This document shows, in pieces, positions 23,213 through 34,291 of a stretch of DNA of 64,000 bases. The notes under the pieces are model-generated. The model was not told the origin of the DNA, made no database searches, and saw only the letters and a list, made by a program, of their open reading frames with translations. The stretch lies in the NCBI GenBank assembly GCA_965240325.2, contig OZ251224.1, positions 3,968,001-4,032,000 on the forward strand, in the 5' to 3' direction. The translations under genes and the position numbers were made by a program. The DNA comes from Rebecca billardiae RCC1528. Its lineage: Eukaryota; Protista; Haptophyta. Each line of letters begins with the position of its first letter. Within the stretch, counting starts at the first letter, position 1.

Positions 23213-24763
23213 TCACCGCGGCGGCGTCTGGCCGCCCGCGGGCGTCTGCCCGCCTGAGCGAGGCGTCTGCTTCCCCGAGCGCGTCGGGAACCAGCCTTTG
23301 GAGCGCGGCGCTCGCCCCGCCGAGTGTGGCGGCGTCTGCCCGCCCGCAGGCGTCTGCCCGCCCGAGCGCGGCGTCTGCCCGCCCGAGCGCCCCGCCCCCG
23401 GCAGGCCGAGCGTGCGCGGCGCGCGCGGCGGCGTCTGCCCGCCCGCGCGCGACGGCGGCTGCGAGTTGGCCGGCGTTGGCCCCGGGCTCTCACCCGAGTC
23501 GATCACGTTGTGGCACACGCGCCGCAGCCGCCTGAGCCACGTGTCGCGCGCGGCCTCGGTCTCGAAGCGCAGGGCGAACTTGCCGGCCTTCGAGCCCGCC
23601 GACTTGCGCACCTCGAGCGTGATCATGTGCTGTCCGCTCGCGCGCTCGAGCTCGGGCGTGAGGCCCACCACGTCTCGCAGCAGGATCTCTCTGCGCTTCT
23701 GCTGCGTCGGGTTCCAGTAGTACAGCTTGCCCTCGTCGGCCTGCAGGCTCATGCGCCGCTCCTGGTACCCGATCCACGGCGCGCTCCGCGCCTTCTTCCA
23801 CACGGGCATCTCCATCTCCGCGCTCTCTCGCGCGAGCGCCTCGCGCTGCAGCCGCTCGTCCTCGGCGACCTGCGCGTGCACGACGCGCGCCTCCGCCACC
23901 TTGCGCCGCTCGGCCACCTTGGCGCGGTACTGCCACCACGCGTACTGGATGCGCATGGCGGCTTTGGTCTGGCCCTTCGCCATCAGGTACACCAGCTTGC
24001 GCTTCGTCACCTCCTCGTCCACCTGCTTCCGCGCCTTGCGCCCGTGCCAGTGCGCCTGCACGATGTGCGCGGCAAACCCGCGCTGCCGCTCTCGCCTGCG
24101 GATGTACGCGAGCTGCGCGCGCCGGGCGCGAGGGCGGGGGCGGCGTGGCCCCGCGCGTGAGCGCGCGTGCGTGCGGTGTGCGCCCTCGCGCCGCCGCGCA
24201 CCGCGCGCGCACCTCGAGCTTCATCACCGCCTTCCGCTCCGCCGACGCGAAGAGGGTGATCACCTGGTACTGGCGCTTCGTCTCGCGCAGCCGCTTGCGC
24301 GCGAGCCACGCGCGCACGTGCTTCTGGATGAAGGTGGACTTCTCCTGCTGCACCTTGGCGCGGGTCGCGCTCGTGCGGTCGAGCATGCCCCGCGCGCGCG
24401 CCTGGATGCGGATCGCGTGCCGCTCGTTGATCACCTGGTTCACCTCGTCCTGGTACTCGCGCCACGCCTCCTGCGCACGCACGCGCGTACCGGGCGCCCA
24501 GCCACGCGGAGCGAGGGGGCAGGTGAGCACGTCGCTCGCGCCAGCTTCACACTCTCAGGCGGACCGCCTCGCCCCTGCGCGCCGAGCCGCGAATGCCAAG
24601 GCGCGCATGTGCGGTGCGCGCGCGCGTGTGCGCACACCCACAGTGTGCGCTCAAACTTGAGCACGCGCCCGATGTGCGGCGTGGCGCTCGGATTCTTGAG
24701 GTGTGCCGCGGGGTCGGGCTCGCCCTTCGCCTTGTAGTTGTCATCGTACTTCTTCTTCACCAT
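23213..24763 (-). CDS. IQ-motif (calmodulin-binding) and PH-like domain protein; exons 24763-24638, 24470-24213, 24112-23213
   Basis: IQ motifs AIRIQARARGMLDR, FIQKHVRAWLARK, IVQAHWHGRKARK, AAMRIQYAWWQYR; PH C-terminal helix LRFETEAARDTWLRRL; GGQTP repeats; canonical introns 24471-24637 and 24113-24212. Confidence 0.82.
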
Positions 24764-25422
24764 GGCGTGTCTCCGCCGAGTCCGCGCGAGCGCCCAGCCG
24801 CGGCAGGAGCAGTCTCGCAGTCGAACTCAAACAGGCGGCCACCCGGCAATGCGCCCGCCGCCGCCGGGAATGATTGTGGCCTCTCGTGACGAACGATGGC
24901 GGCCGGTGACGAGGGCCGAGTGCTTGGCTGGGCTGCAAGTCTGCCTGCTCATAGTCTTGCTGCCAACACTTGCTGCCCCTCTCGTTTCCACACGAGCAGC
25001 CGTACGTGGCCGACATGCTCTGTGAAAACGCGCACACTCGATCTGCTCGCGCTTCCTGCTCTCGCCGTCACAGGCCGCTCGCCGCCTCGTCCCGGCAGCC
25101 TGGCCAGCCGCCGCCGCCAGCGGGCCCGCCACACGTTGACACTGACGTAGCCTACCCTGACACCGCGAGCTCAGTCTCTGAGATGTAGGCACATGCGCAC
25201 AATGAGCGCGCCAAGCTGTGCCTCATACCAGCCCAGTACGGCCTCATGCGTCGCCAAAGTGGTGACCCCTTGAGAGTTGAGAGCTGCTTGCAACTGCCAT
25301 GCGGCCATGCTGACGGGGCCTCCCTGTTTTTTTCGCAGCGGGGACTGGGGAGCGACGGTTTCACTGGAGGCGCACGCCTCGACCTCCGCTTCGCGCGTGC
25401 CGCCGGGGCGGGCGGTCTCGCC

Positions 25423-27309
25423 ATGCGGTATGTGGAGGCGACAGCCCCGTCGGTGATCGACGAGGAGCTCTGCCGCGCGTGCATCCACCTGCTCCAGCCC
25501 AAGGAGCTCACGCCGAGCGGCACGATTGAGACGGAGGTCAACCGACAAAGCACGGTGACCAAGCAGCAGAACCTGCCGTTCAGCGAGGTGGAGTATCTGG
25601 TGTTCTCGTTCAAGAGTGCGCGCGCGCGCGTGGCGCGCGCGATCCCACGATCTCAGCCGTCCGCACCACTCGCACTTCGCGCCGAGCGGCCGCGCCTGCC
25701 CGCGGCTGATCCGGCGTGCGCACACGCGGCATCGCGACCGGGGCGTGCGCTGCGCTGCGTACGCCGCCAGACATCCTCAAGATCAACAACCTGGTGGGCT
25801 TCGACCGGCTGGTGCGGCTGTACCTGGACAACAACGTGATCGTGAAGATCGAAAACCTCGACCACCTCGTCAACCTCGAGTGGCTCGACCTCTCGTTCAA
25901 CAACATCGAGCGGATCGAGGGTCTCGACTCGCTCGTCAAGCTCGAGAGCCTCTCGCTCTTCAACAACCGGATCGAGGCGCTGGAGAACCTCGACGCGCTG
26001 GTGGGCTCGCTGCAGGTGCTCTCGATCGGGAACAACCGCCTCGCCGACCTCGAGCAGACCAAGGAGCTGCGCAAGTTCAAGCAGCTCCAGGCCGTCACGT
26101 TTGCGGGCAACCCGCTCGCCGCCAAGGACGACTACCGCGCGTACGTGCTCGCGCACCTCAACCACCTGCGCTACCTCGACTACCGGCTGGTGGACGAGGC
26201 GGAGGTGGCGCAGGCGGAGACGGACGGCTCGTTGCAGGAGCGTCTGCAGGAGATCCGCGCGGCCGAGGCGCAGGACGAGGAGAACCTCGAGGTCTCGCGC
26301 AAGCTGGCGGACAGGTCAGCGGCGCTGCACAACGCCCACCTCGGCGCCATCGACAACTTCTGGGGCAAGCTGGAGGCGGCGACGGCCGAGTCGACGGCCA
26401 AGGTGAGCGTGGTGGACCAGCTGAGCGAGCTGCACGCGAAGAAGCGGCCCGAGTTCGAGAGCAGGCTCGACGACTTCATCCAGCTCGCCACCACCCGGCT
26501 CAAGACCAAGCAGGAGGAGCACGCCCTGTACCTGGACGCGGCCGCCTCAATGCGCCAGGCGAACAACGCGGAGGCGCTCGAGCACATTGCGCGGTGCGCG
26601 CGCACGCCCCCGCCGCCGCGCGCGCGGGCGCGGCCCCGCGCGCTCACGCTCCGCGCGCCGCCCCTCCCCGCGCCGCAGCTTCAACGCCAAGGCGAAGGAG
26701 GTGCGCCGCCTCTTCGCCGCGGCCGAGGGCAAGGCGTACAACGCGGCGCAGGAGCAGCAGCGCAGCGACGCGCTCGTTGCGCTGCGCGAGGCCAACGAGC
26801 AGCTGTACGACTCTCTGATGGACCTGGAGATGATGGAGGTCGACCAGTTCCGCGCGGCGCTCGACGCGTTCGAGCTGCAGTACAACGCGCTGCACAACGC
26901 GAGCAAGGAGGCGATCAACTCGACGTTCGACGAGATGCGCACGCTCGCGACCGCGTGGACGGAGGAGGCGCAGGACTACGCGACGCAGCGGCACGACCTC
27001 TTCGTGTCCGAGGCGCAGAACGACTCGGACGAGCTCTCCGACGAGCTCAAGCAGGTGCTCAACGACAAGGAGGGCATGACCAACGCGATCACCGGCGAGC
27101 ACGAGTCGCGCATCGGCTTCCTCGACGCGACCGAGGACACGCTGGGCAAGGACGAGACACGCGCGTACAACAGCATCATCGACGGGCTGCGCGAGGGCGA
27201 GTACAGGCGCAACCGCGAGCGCGTCAACGAGATCAGCAAGCTCGTGCACGACACGAACAAGGACATGATCGAGGAGCTGCAGGCCGCTCTGGATGCGGAG
27301 GACAAGTAG
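25423..27309 (+). CDS. DRC3: Dynein regulatory complex subunit 3 (LRRC48); exons 25423-25615, 25771-26593, 26679-27309
   Basis: PSVIDEEL..L.FSFKNILKINNL..L.LDNN.I.KIENL..LVNLEWLDLSFNNI SDS22-type LRRs, LRRcap YR.YVLAHL..L.YLDYRL, coiled-coil C-terminus ending EYRRNRERVNEI. Confidence 0.92.
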
Positions 27310-27774
27310 GGCCGCGGAGTCTCCTGTCCTGCGGATGAGTAGCCACTGATCTGTCAGGCCGTCGTCGCGTAGGGTCCGAGTGGTCCGACAGGGGAGGTGA
27401 GCGGAGGCAGCGCTTGTCTTGACGAAACACGGTGGTTGGGGACGTTTCATTTTCAGTTTCCCGCCACCGAACCTAACGGCAAGCCCTGAACAGGTTGGCT
27501 TTGCTGAAACGGTGCGACACCATTCAGACCGGTAGGTAAAATCAGGCTGTGGTTGTGAACTTGAGACTCATTAGCACAGGCTGAAGGATAGTGATAGAAT
27601 CTTGTGAATCAGGTTGAAAGACCCAATCGGAACAGATGTGAAAGCTCATTGGTCGATCTCAAAAGGAAGTTTGTTTTCAGTAGGACCTTTCTTGTTCTCT
27701 TTCGCGTCTTCCCCCTTTTCCCGCGCCAAGAGGCGCCAAACGCCGTCTCGCGCGGCACCACGTGTGTCTCTCGC

Positions 27775-28911
27775 ATGATGACATCAAACTCCAGCCTGAC
27801 GCACGCCTCGATCGAGGTCCCCGTGAAGGGCGAGGACGCGATCGTGAAAGGCCTGGTCAACCTCGGTGACCACCGCGTCCAATACTTCTCCGTCTTCGAC
27901 GGCCACGGCGGACAAGCCGCCTCCCGCATGTGCGCAGACCATATGGACGAGTACCTCGCTGCGTCGTACGGCGAGCTCGCGCGGCGCGGCGGCAGCACGC
28001 AGGAGGACGAGCTGCTCGCGCAAGCGTTCACGCGCGCGTTCGATCTTGCCGATAAGGACATCGCTGCGCATGCTTCCAAACGCGCGGGCACCACCGCCAC
28101 CTGCGTCGCTGTGAATGAGCGGACGCACGGCATTGTCGTCGCCAACGTGGGCGACAGCAGCGCGTACCTCTTCAGTCCGGACGGACGTATGACGCAGCTG
28201 ACTGCTGACCATCGCGTCGGGCGCTGCGGCGAAGCAGAGACCAAGCGCCTGCTCGAAGGCGGCGCCGACATACGCCAAGCGACTGGCGTCTCCGGCAAGT
28301 CTGTCGGCCCGCCGCGCGTGTATCCCGGCGGGCTGTGCGTCACGCGCTCGATTGGCGACAAGGACTCGTCCAGCGCGGTGACTTCCGAGCCGAGCGTCGC
28401 GCGCTTCACGTACCCAGAAGAGGGCGGTACCATCATCGTCGCATCCGACGGCGTGTGGGACTTCATCAAGGAGGAGGACGTGATGCGGCTCGTGCGCACG
28501 TCGCACCACATGGGAGTTGTCTGGCTGGCCGAGTCGCTGATTGCAAACGTGTGCCAGTACAACGACAAGATCGACGACGTTTCGCTCGTGTGCATCTCCC
28601 TCGGCGGTGGCGCGCCGGGTGTGCGGAGCCCACCCCGTGCCGCGGTGCGCCGCATCTCGCGCGCGGTCACTCTGCCGCGCTCGTTGCGCCTGGGCAAGGC
28701 CACGAGCACGTCGGCAGGCAACAGGTCGCCGCCGACATCGTCGAGCGACTCGGACGACACTTCCGTGTCGTTTGGTGGTCACAGCTCTTCTGTCGGGTCG
28801 ACGTCCTTGACGACAAGCCCGGCGAGCAGCGTCGCGAGCCACCTCGACGTGTCTTTCGCCACCAAGGCCATGCGTGCTCTCTTCACCCGAGGCCCTCGCG
28901 CAGGCGCGTGA
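27775..28911 (+). CDS. PP2C/PPM-family Ser/Thr protein phosphatase
   Basis: FSVFDGHGG, GTTA, VANVGDS, LTADH, GLCVTRSIGD, IIVASDGVWD and DDVS motifs. Confidence 0.93.
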   Translation: MMTSNSSLTHASIEVPVKGEDAIVKGLVNLGDHRVQYFSVFDGHGGQAASRMCADHMDEYLAASYGELARRGGSTQEDELLAQAFTRAFDLADKDIAAHASKRAGTTATCVAVNERTHGIVVANVGDSSAYLFSPDGRMTQLTADHRVGRCGEAETKRLLEGGADIRQATGVSGKSVGPPRVYPGGLCVTRSIGDKDSSSAVTSEPSVARFTYPEEGGTIIVASDGVWDFIKEEDVMRLVRTSHHMGVVWLAESLIANVCQYNDKIDDVSLVCISLGGGAPGVRSPPRAAVRRISRAVTLPRSLRLGKATSTSAGNRSPPTSSSDSDDTSVSFGGHSSSVGSTSLTTSPASSVASHLDVSFATKAMRALFTRGPRAGA

Positions 28912-30230
28912 GTGAGACTCGTCGCCGTGCGGGCTCCCACGATTCCCGGACCGGGCGAGATCGCCGTTGAAACGTCCACGGCTGCTGCCAAGTGCCAGCT
29001 GGGTCACTCCTTAGCCTGGGCCTTCGGATGAGGCTGCTCGATCTGTTGACTAGTCTCACACTACTACACTAATTTAATTCTCGGTACACTAGCCACCACT
29101 GCCACCAGTCTCCGCCGCTGCCTGGTAGTGACCGGGTTGGCCGAGTGAGTAGCCTAGTAGGCAGTATCATACTGTATAGTGCCGCACTCATTTTGACACG
29201 CCGACACGGCAGCCTACGGCCCTACGGACTCACTACGGCTAGTCGCGCCCGGCCGCCCGACTCGGGCGGCCGAGTAGCTACATGTAATGAGTACGACTAC
29301 AGCAGCTATTTAGCGATATAGGCAGCTAAGTCAGAATTATTATTCGGTCATAGTTCGGCTTCGCCTCCTTCGGCGCGGCGGGTCTGCCCTGCAGCCGAGC
29401 GAGAGTCATCGGAGTATGTCGTATGCAATGAGTATGATGCCGCCGCACTATAGTAAGTAGAATTTATGCTGCTTAGCTACTGAGTAGCTATCCGATTCGT
29501 CCGGCCCGGCGGCTCCGCGGGCGGTTCCGGCGGCAGATGGTACTAGATTGGCAGGCGGCGCGCCGCAGGCGGCCCCCGGCCCCGGGGCCGGGACCGGGTT
29601 CGTTCGCGGACGGCTCGGCGGCGGGCCCGGCGGCGCGGGCGGGCAGCGGACAATCGGGCGGATCGGCTGCACGACGGGCACGACTCATCAGGCCACACGA
29701 CTGCTCACGACTCACTGAATCTGATGACTCGACGACTCACTCCGACACGAGCGCTAGACGACACGACTCACTACGAGATATATATATTAGGCTTCCGACG
29801 GACACTACGAGCCTCCGCCTCGGTCCTCCGCCGCTGCCCGCTTCGGCTCAGACTCCGCGCGCCTCGCCCGGGCACGGCGCGGCGGCCGGGCACGGTGCCT
29901 CGTTCCGTTTACCGTTACGACGTCGTCCCGCGGCTGCTCACTACAGCTTAGCAGTCGCGTCGTTCGTTTAGTCGGTTTAGTGATGTAATTATGTCTGCTA
30001 CGTGTAAACTGTAAGTTCTATATCTATAATAACGACTCAAATATAACGAGTTTTGCGCGCAGGCGCCGCCAGCCGGGCGGTCGGCCGCTGATCGATCCGC
30101 GCTGCGGATCGCCGCCGGCGTCCGAGGGTCGAAGAACCATCAGTCGGACCGCGCGCGGGCCCCGGGTCATAATGACATAATCAGCGCAGGCCATGTCGTT
30201 ATATGTGAGCCTCGTCGTCAGACGATGTCA

Positions 30231-31469
30231 TCATCGCAGGGGCTCGAAGCTCACGCCTGCGAGCGTGCGACCCTCGACCAGCCTTTTGGTCGCTCCGAGT
30301 TCTGTCAGCGTGAGCCATCGGTGGCGGTAGCTGCCTCGCCGCGGGCAGAACTCGAAGAGGCGCACGCCGGCCACGTCCGGCCGCGGCGTGACCCGCTCGG
30401 CGATGAGGCTGAAGTTTGCCTCGCCGCGGCCGCCTGTGCGCAGCACAAAGGACTCGAAGGCGTGCCCACCGTCCGGCGCGGCTGCGACTTGGCTCGCCTC
30501 GGCCGGCTCGAGCGACTCGGCCCCATTCCAGCGAATGGGGCACGCGACGGACGAGGTGGTGATCACGCGCAAGGGCGCGCCTCCAAACGAGTCTGCAGAC
30601 GTGAGCGCGTTGGCGTGGAAGTGGCCGCAGATGACGACGCGCGGGCGCATGGCGGCAGTGGCGAGCACGTCTGCCAGCCGCGCGCGCTCGGCGGAGGGCC
30701 AGTTGGCCCAGCCTGCGGGCTCGTCCGGCGCGCCGACGAAGGGGGGGACGTGGGTGAGCAGCACCACGCCGCTCGTATTTGTGCTGCGCACCGTGCGCAG
30801 CTCTTCCGCCAGCCACGCCAGCTGCGCCTCGCGCGCCGCGCGTGCGCCATCCCCTGGCGCATCTCTGAGCAGCAGCGAGTTGAAGCTGAGGAAGCGCACG
30901 CCCTCCACGCTGAACGAGGAGCGGTCGGCGCCCCAGCGCCGCTCGTACGCGTCGAGGGCCGCAGGCGTGGGCGTGTCGCCGATGTCGTGGTTTCCTGGGG
31001 TGACGCCGTGCATGGGTACACGCAGCCGGCTGAGCGAGCGCTGCACTTCAGCCGCCTGCCGCGCGCCCACATCGCCGTGCCCAGCGAGCGCGCCGTGGTT
31101 CGCCGCCGTGGGATCCCAATTCTGCATGTCGCCGGAGAGGAACGCGACGCGAGGGGCAAGACGGTTCAGCTCGCGGACGGCCAAGTCCAAGTTCGCCCGC
31201 TCCGCTGACCAGTCGAGCGCCACGGCGGGATCGGAGCTCGCGCCGTTCACGATGCCAAACTGCGGGTCTGCGAGCTGCGCGGCGAAGAAGCAGCTCGTCG
31301 CGCCGACCGGGAACGGTGGTGTCGGCAGCATGCGGCCTACGGCGAGGGCCTCCCCCTGCGCGACGATCGCCACGCTGGCGGCCAGGATGAAGAGGGCCGC
31401 GAGCACGCTGAACGCGGCCATCGTCTGGAAGTAGTCCAGCGCCGCCATCCTTGCATGGAGCATCAGCAT
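30231..31469 (-). CDS. CPPED1: CPPED1-like calcineurin-type metallophosphoesterase with N-terminal hydrophobic segment
   Basis: QLADPQFG, SGDM, PGNHDIG, THVPPF, CGHFHAN, VITTSSV motifs; start could be 31448 or 31421. Confidence 0.85.
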   Translation of the reverse strand: MLMLHARMAALDYFQTMAAFSVLAALFILAASVAIVAQGEALAVGRMLPTPPFPVGATSCFFAAQLADPQFGIVNGASSDPAVALDWSAERANLDLAVRELNRLAPRVAFLSGDMQNWDPTAANHGALAGHGDVGARQAAEVQRSLSRLRVPMHGVTPGNHDIGDTPTPAALDAYERRWGADRSSFSVEGVRFLSFNSLLLRDAPGDGARAAREAQLAWLAEELRTVRSTNTSGVVLLTHVPPFVGAPDEPAGWANWPSAERARLADVLATAAMRPRVVICGHFHANALTSADSFGGAPLRVITTSSVACPIRWNGAESLEPAEASQVAAAPDGGHAFESFVLRTGGRGEANFSLIAERVTPRPDVAGVRLFEFCPRRGSYRHRWLTLTELGATKRLVEGRTLAGVSFEPLR

Positions 31470-32319
31470 TCAAGCTCCACCACTCTGCCACCAGCACGAG
31501 TTTCTCCAAAACTTCGCGGCTTCGCCGTCGCACCAAACTTGATTCCTGATGTGGAGTGTGGTGGCACTGTGCTAAGTGCTTGTGCCGAGTTGCTCATGAT
31601 CAGCGAGGGCGCCCGCCCGCCCGGGGCCCGAGTCGTCTTCGTCTGATCTGATTCATTTCGTCGTCCAGCAGGGTATGGGGGTACAGTAGACTTTGCGTCC
31701 GTCTTGTCGCGTCTCAACTCTCAACTCACGACCCAGAGTCGTGTCTCGTCATCGGCGTCGGCTGGCGAGCGCGCTCGCGATCGTCGGCCATCGGGCATCG
31801 GCGCCGCGACGATGCGCGCTGCTGCCTGCTACCGCCGCCACCCAAGATGTTACAGCTGTTAGGTCTCTCCGTAGCTAGATTCTAAACGTCTTTTGTCTAG
31901 CGTAGTCTCTGTCAATATACATCTCTCATGCTGGCTCTAAGATACATATGACCGCGTTCCGCGGTCCTTTTCCGTAGAACCAACGCAGTTGGGGGCCCGC
32001 GGCGCAGTGGTTGAGAATGAGACCGTGACGTCGTCAATCCGCACGGTCTGGCGTCTGCCTGGCAGTCAGACAGGCAGCCGCACCGTCTCGGAGAGTGAGT
32101 GAGAGTCAGACCCGTCCGTCGGACTCGCGGCGCGTGAATGGGCGCGCCGACGGCCAAGGGTGGCCGGCACGGGACACCAGCGGACGGGCCGCGCGGGGAA
32201 GCGGGGCGGCGCGCGCGCAGGGCGAGAGGCGCGGACGGGCCGCGCGGGGAAGCGGGGCGGCGCGCGTGCAGGGCGAGAGGCGCCGCGCGGCGCGGGCCGG
32301 CGCGTGCGCGCGCGCGCGC

Positions 32320-33120
32320 GCACCTGCTTGAGGTGCTCGCGCTGCGCCATGCGCTCGACGAAGGGCCGCTGGTCGCTCAGCCGGCGCGCCTCGGGCCGGC
32401 ATAGCGAGAGCGCGCGCCACTGCTGCCCGCCCACGCTGCGCAGCCACGCGCAGACCGAGCGGAGCTCGGGGTGGGACGAAGCGAGTGGCGTGTCGCGCCC
32501 GCCGCCAGGCGCACGCGTGCCCTGCTCCGCACCGCGCCGCCGTGCTCGCCCGCCGCCTGCTCCGCCGCGTCGGCCTCGAGGATGGCGGCGGCCAGCGGCA
32601 GGCTGAGTGGCGCGCGCTCGCCCACCGTAGCTTCGAGGGCCGTCCACACCTGCTCGAGCTGCTGCAGGGCGTGGACAAGGGCAGCGCGCGCGCCCAGCGC
32701 ATCCGTGCCGCGTGACGCAGCGCGTCGAGCTCGGCGTCTCGCTTCGCCAGCTCGGCGCCCAGCGCCTCTGCGCGCACGCGTCGAGCTCGGCGTCGCGCTT
32801 TGCCAGCTCGGCGCCCAGCGCCTTCACGCGCACGTGCTCGTGTATCTGCGCGCGCACGGCCTGCGCGCCGCCGCCCATCTGCGCGCGCAGACTCGGACTC
32901 GTCGCGGCTGGCTGCTAGGGAGTGCTAGGGTGCGCGCCGCGTAGTCGATGGCCAAGGCCTGCAGCCAGCGCGCCTGCACCGAGAAAAGAAGGCGCGGCAC
33001 GCGCGCTATAACCCAGTCCACGCAGACACGCGAGCGCGTGCTCGAGCGGCGCGCCGGGGGCGACCGTCCACGTCGGCCGCGCGGGAGCCGCAGGTACTCT
33101 CGCGTGCCTGCGCGACGCAG
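32320..33120 (-). pseudogene. Frameshifted gene fragment(s) with coiled-coil and intron-like segments inside element X
   Basis: Coding-like pieces in different frames (QIHEHVRVKALGAELAKRDAELDA x2, LQQLEQVWTALEA.., PFVERMAQREHLKQ followed by a GTGCG donor). Confidence 0.5.
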
Positions 33121-33592
33121 CGCGCACGCACAGCGAAACGGGCGCGGGGTAGAATTCAGGAGAGCGCCGCCGCCCGCGCACCACCCCACCGAGAGTGCGC
33201 ACATGCGCACGCCACGACATGCAGCACGACATGGCGCACGATTGACGCAACGCCCGACAGACAGAAGCCTTCATCGACAATCCGCGCGCGCCCGCAAACG
33301 CGGCCGCGCGCGCGGGCGGGCGCGCGGGCGTGCGTGCGCCACCCGCGCGGGAGGCGCCCGCGGCCGCGCGGGCGGCGCGCGCGCGGCGCGCGCTCCGCGC
33401 GGTCGTCCACACCGATGGCGGTCGATCGAGGGCTCGCCCCGTTTGGCGGTCGATTTTGATCGAGGGCTCGCCCCGTTTTTGGAGCGAGCGCGTGCCGCGC
33501 GCCCCCTGGCTCCCAACTGGGTATGATAATACCCACAATTACCCAAAATGACCTTATGCCCCCAACACCGTTATCATAGCGAGCCAATGTAC

Positions 33593-33809
33593 TGATATGA
33601 TAGACTGAACGATAGTACCCACAATTACCCAATCAAGAGGCGATACAGCCCTTGCCTTGCTCGCTATGATATGATAGACTGAACGATAGTACCCACAATT
33701 ACCCAATCAAGAGGCGATACAGCCCTTGCCTTGCTCGCTATGATATGATAGACTGAACGATAGTACCCACAATTACCCAATCAAGAGGCGATACAGCCCT
33801 TGCCTTGCT
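33593..33809. repeat. Perfect 74-bp tandem repeat (x~2.9) within element X
   Basis: TAGACTGAAC recurs at 33601, 33675 and 33749; core TACCCACAATTACCC also at 33530 and 33938. Confidence 0.95.
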
Positions 33810-34291
33810 GAATGTCTCGCACTATTGGAGTTGGTTGGACTCGGCTATAATGTTGATCAACTGTCGTTCTAGTGATGGCATCTTGCGGCGGCGAGGCCAT
33901 ATTATTTTACTATGGTCACACTACATTAAGGAGAGTCTACCCACAATTACCCTGCCTCGCACACTTGGGCGTGGGTTTCGTTGATTCCTCTGTTCACTAT
34001 TCAAGACGGCGGACGCGCCCTTTTTCGACGCTAATGCACCTGTAAGGGAGTCTCAAAATCGAAACTCGGTCTCCTCCAGCCCTAAAAAATCGCCCCCCGT
34101 CCCTTTTTTCTTGATCAAAGATCTTTTTGAAACGTGGTTCGGGCCCGCTGGTGCGGGCTCCACGCTGCGCGCTCCGCCCTGCACCGCGGGCCATTAATAT
34201 ATGCATGATACAGCCACAGTCGCGTATTATAACATGAATATATATCTCGATGATGATGATGCAATTCGCGATCATCATGATATTCGAATAA

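Larger units (their letters stand above)
31949..34194 (-). mobile_element. Hairpin-ended, TA-flanked cargo-carrying element, copy X (2246 bp)
   Basis: Shares a ~57-bp end (31949-32005) and a ~180-bp end (~34015-34194) with 44439-47363 in opposite orientation; TA on both sides; interiors unrelated. Confidence 0.8.

Noticed and set aside
33593-33809. 74-bp array as a CRISPR locus
   Set aside because: The units are identical end to end with no unique spacers; there are no cas genes and the context is eukaryotic.
31949-34194. Canonical Helitron, LTR or Crypton assignment for the hairpin-ended element
   Set aside because: No TC...CTRR ends, no long terminal direct repeats or PBS, and no recombinase or Rep ORF in the window; left unclassified.
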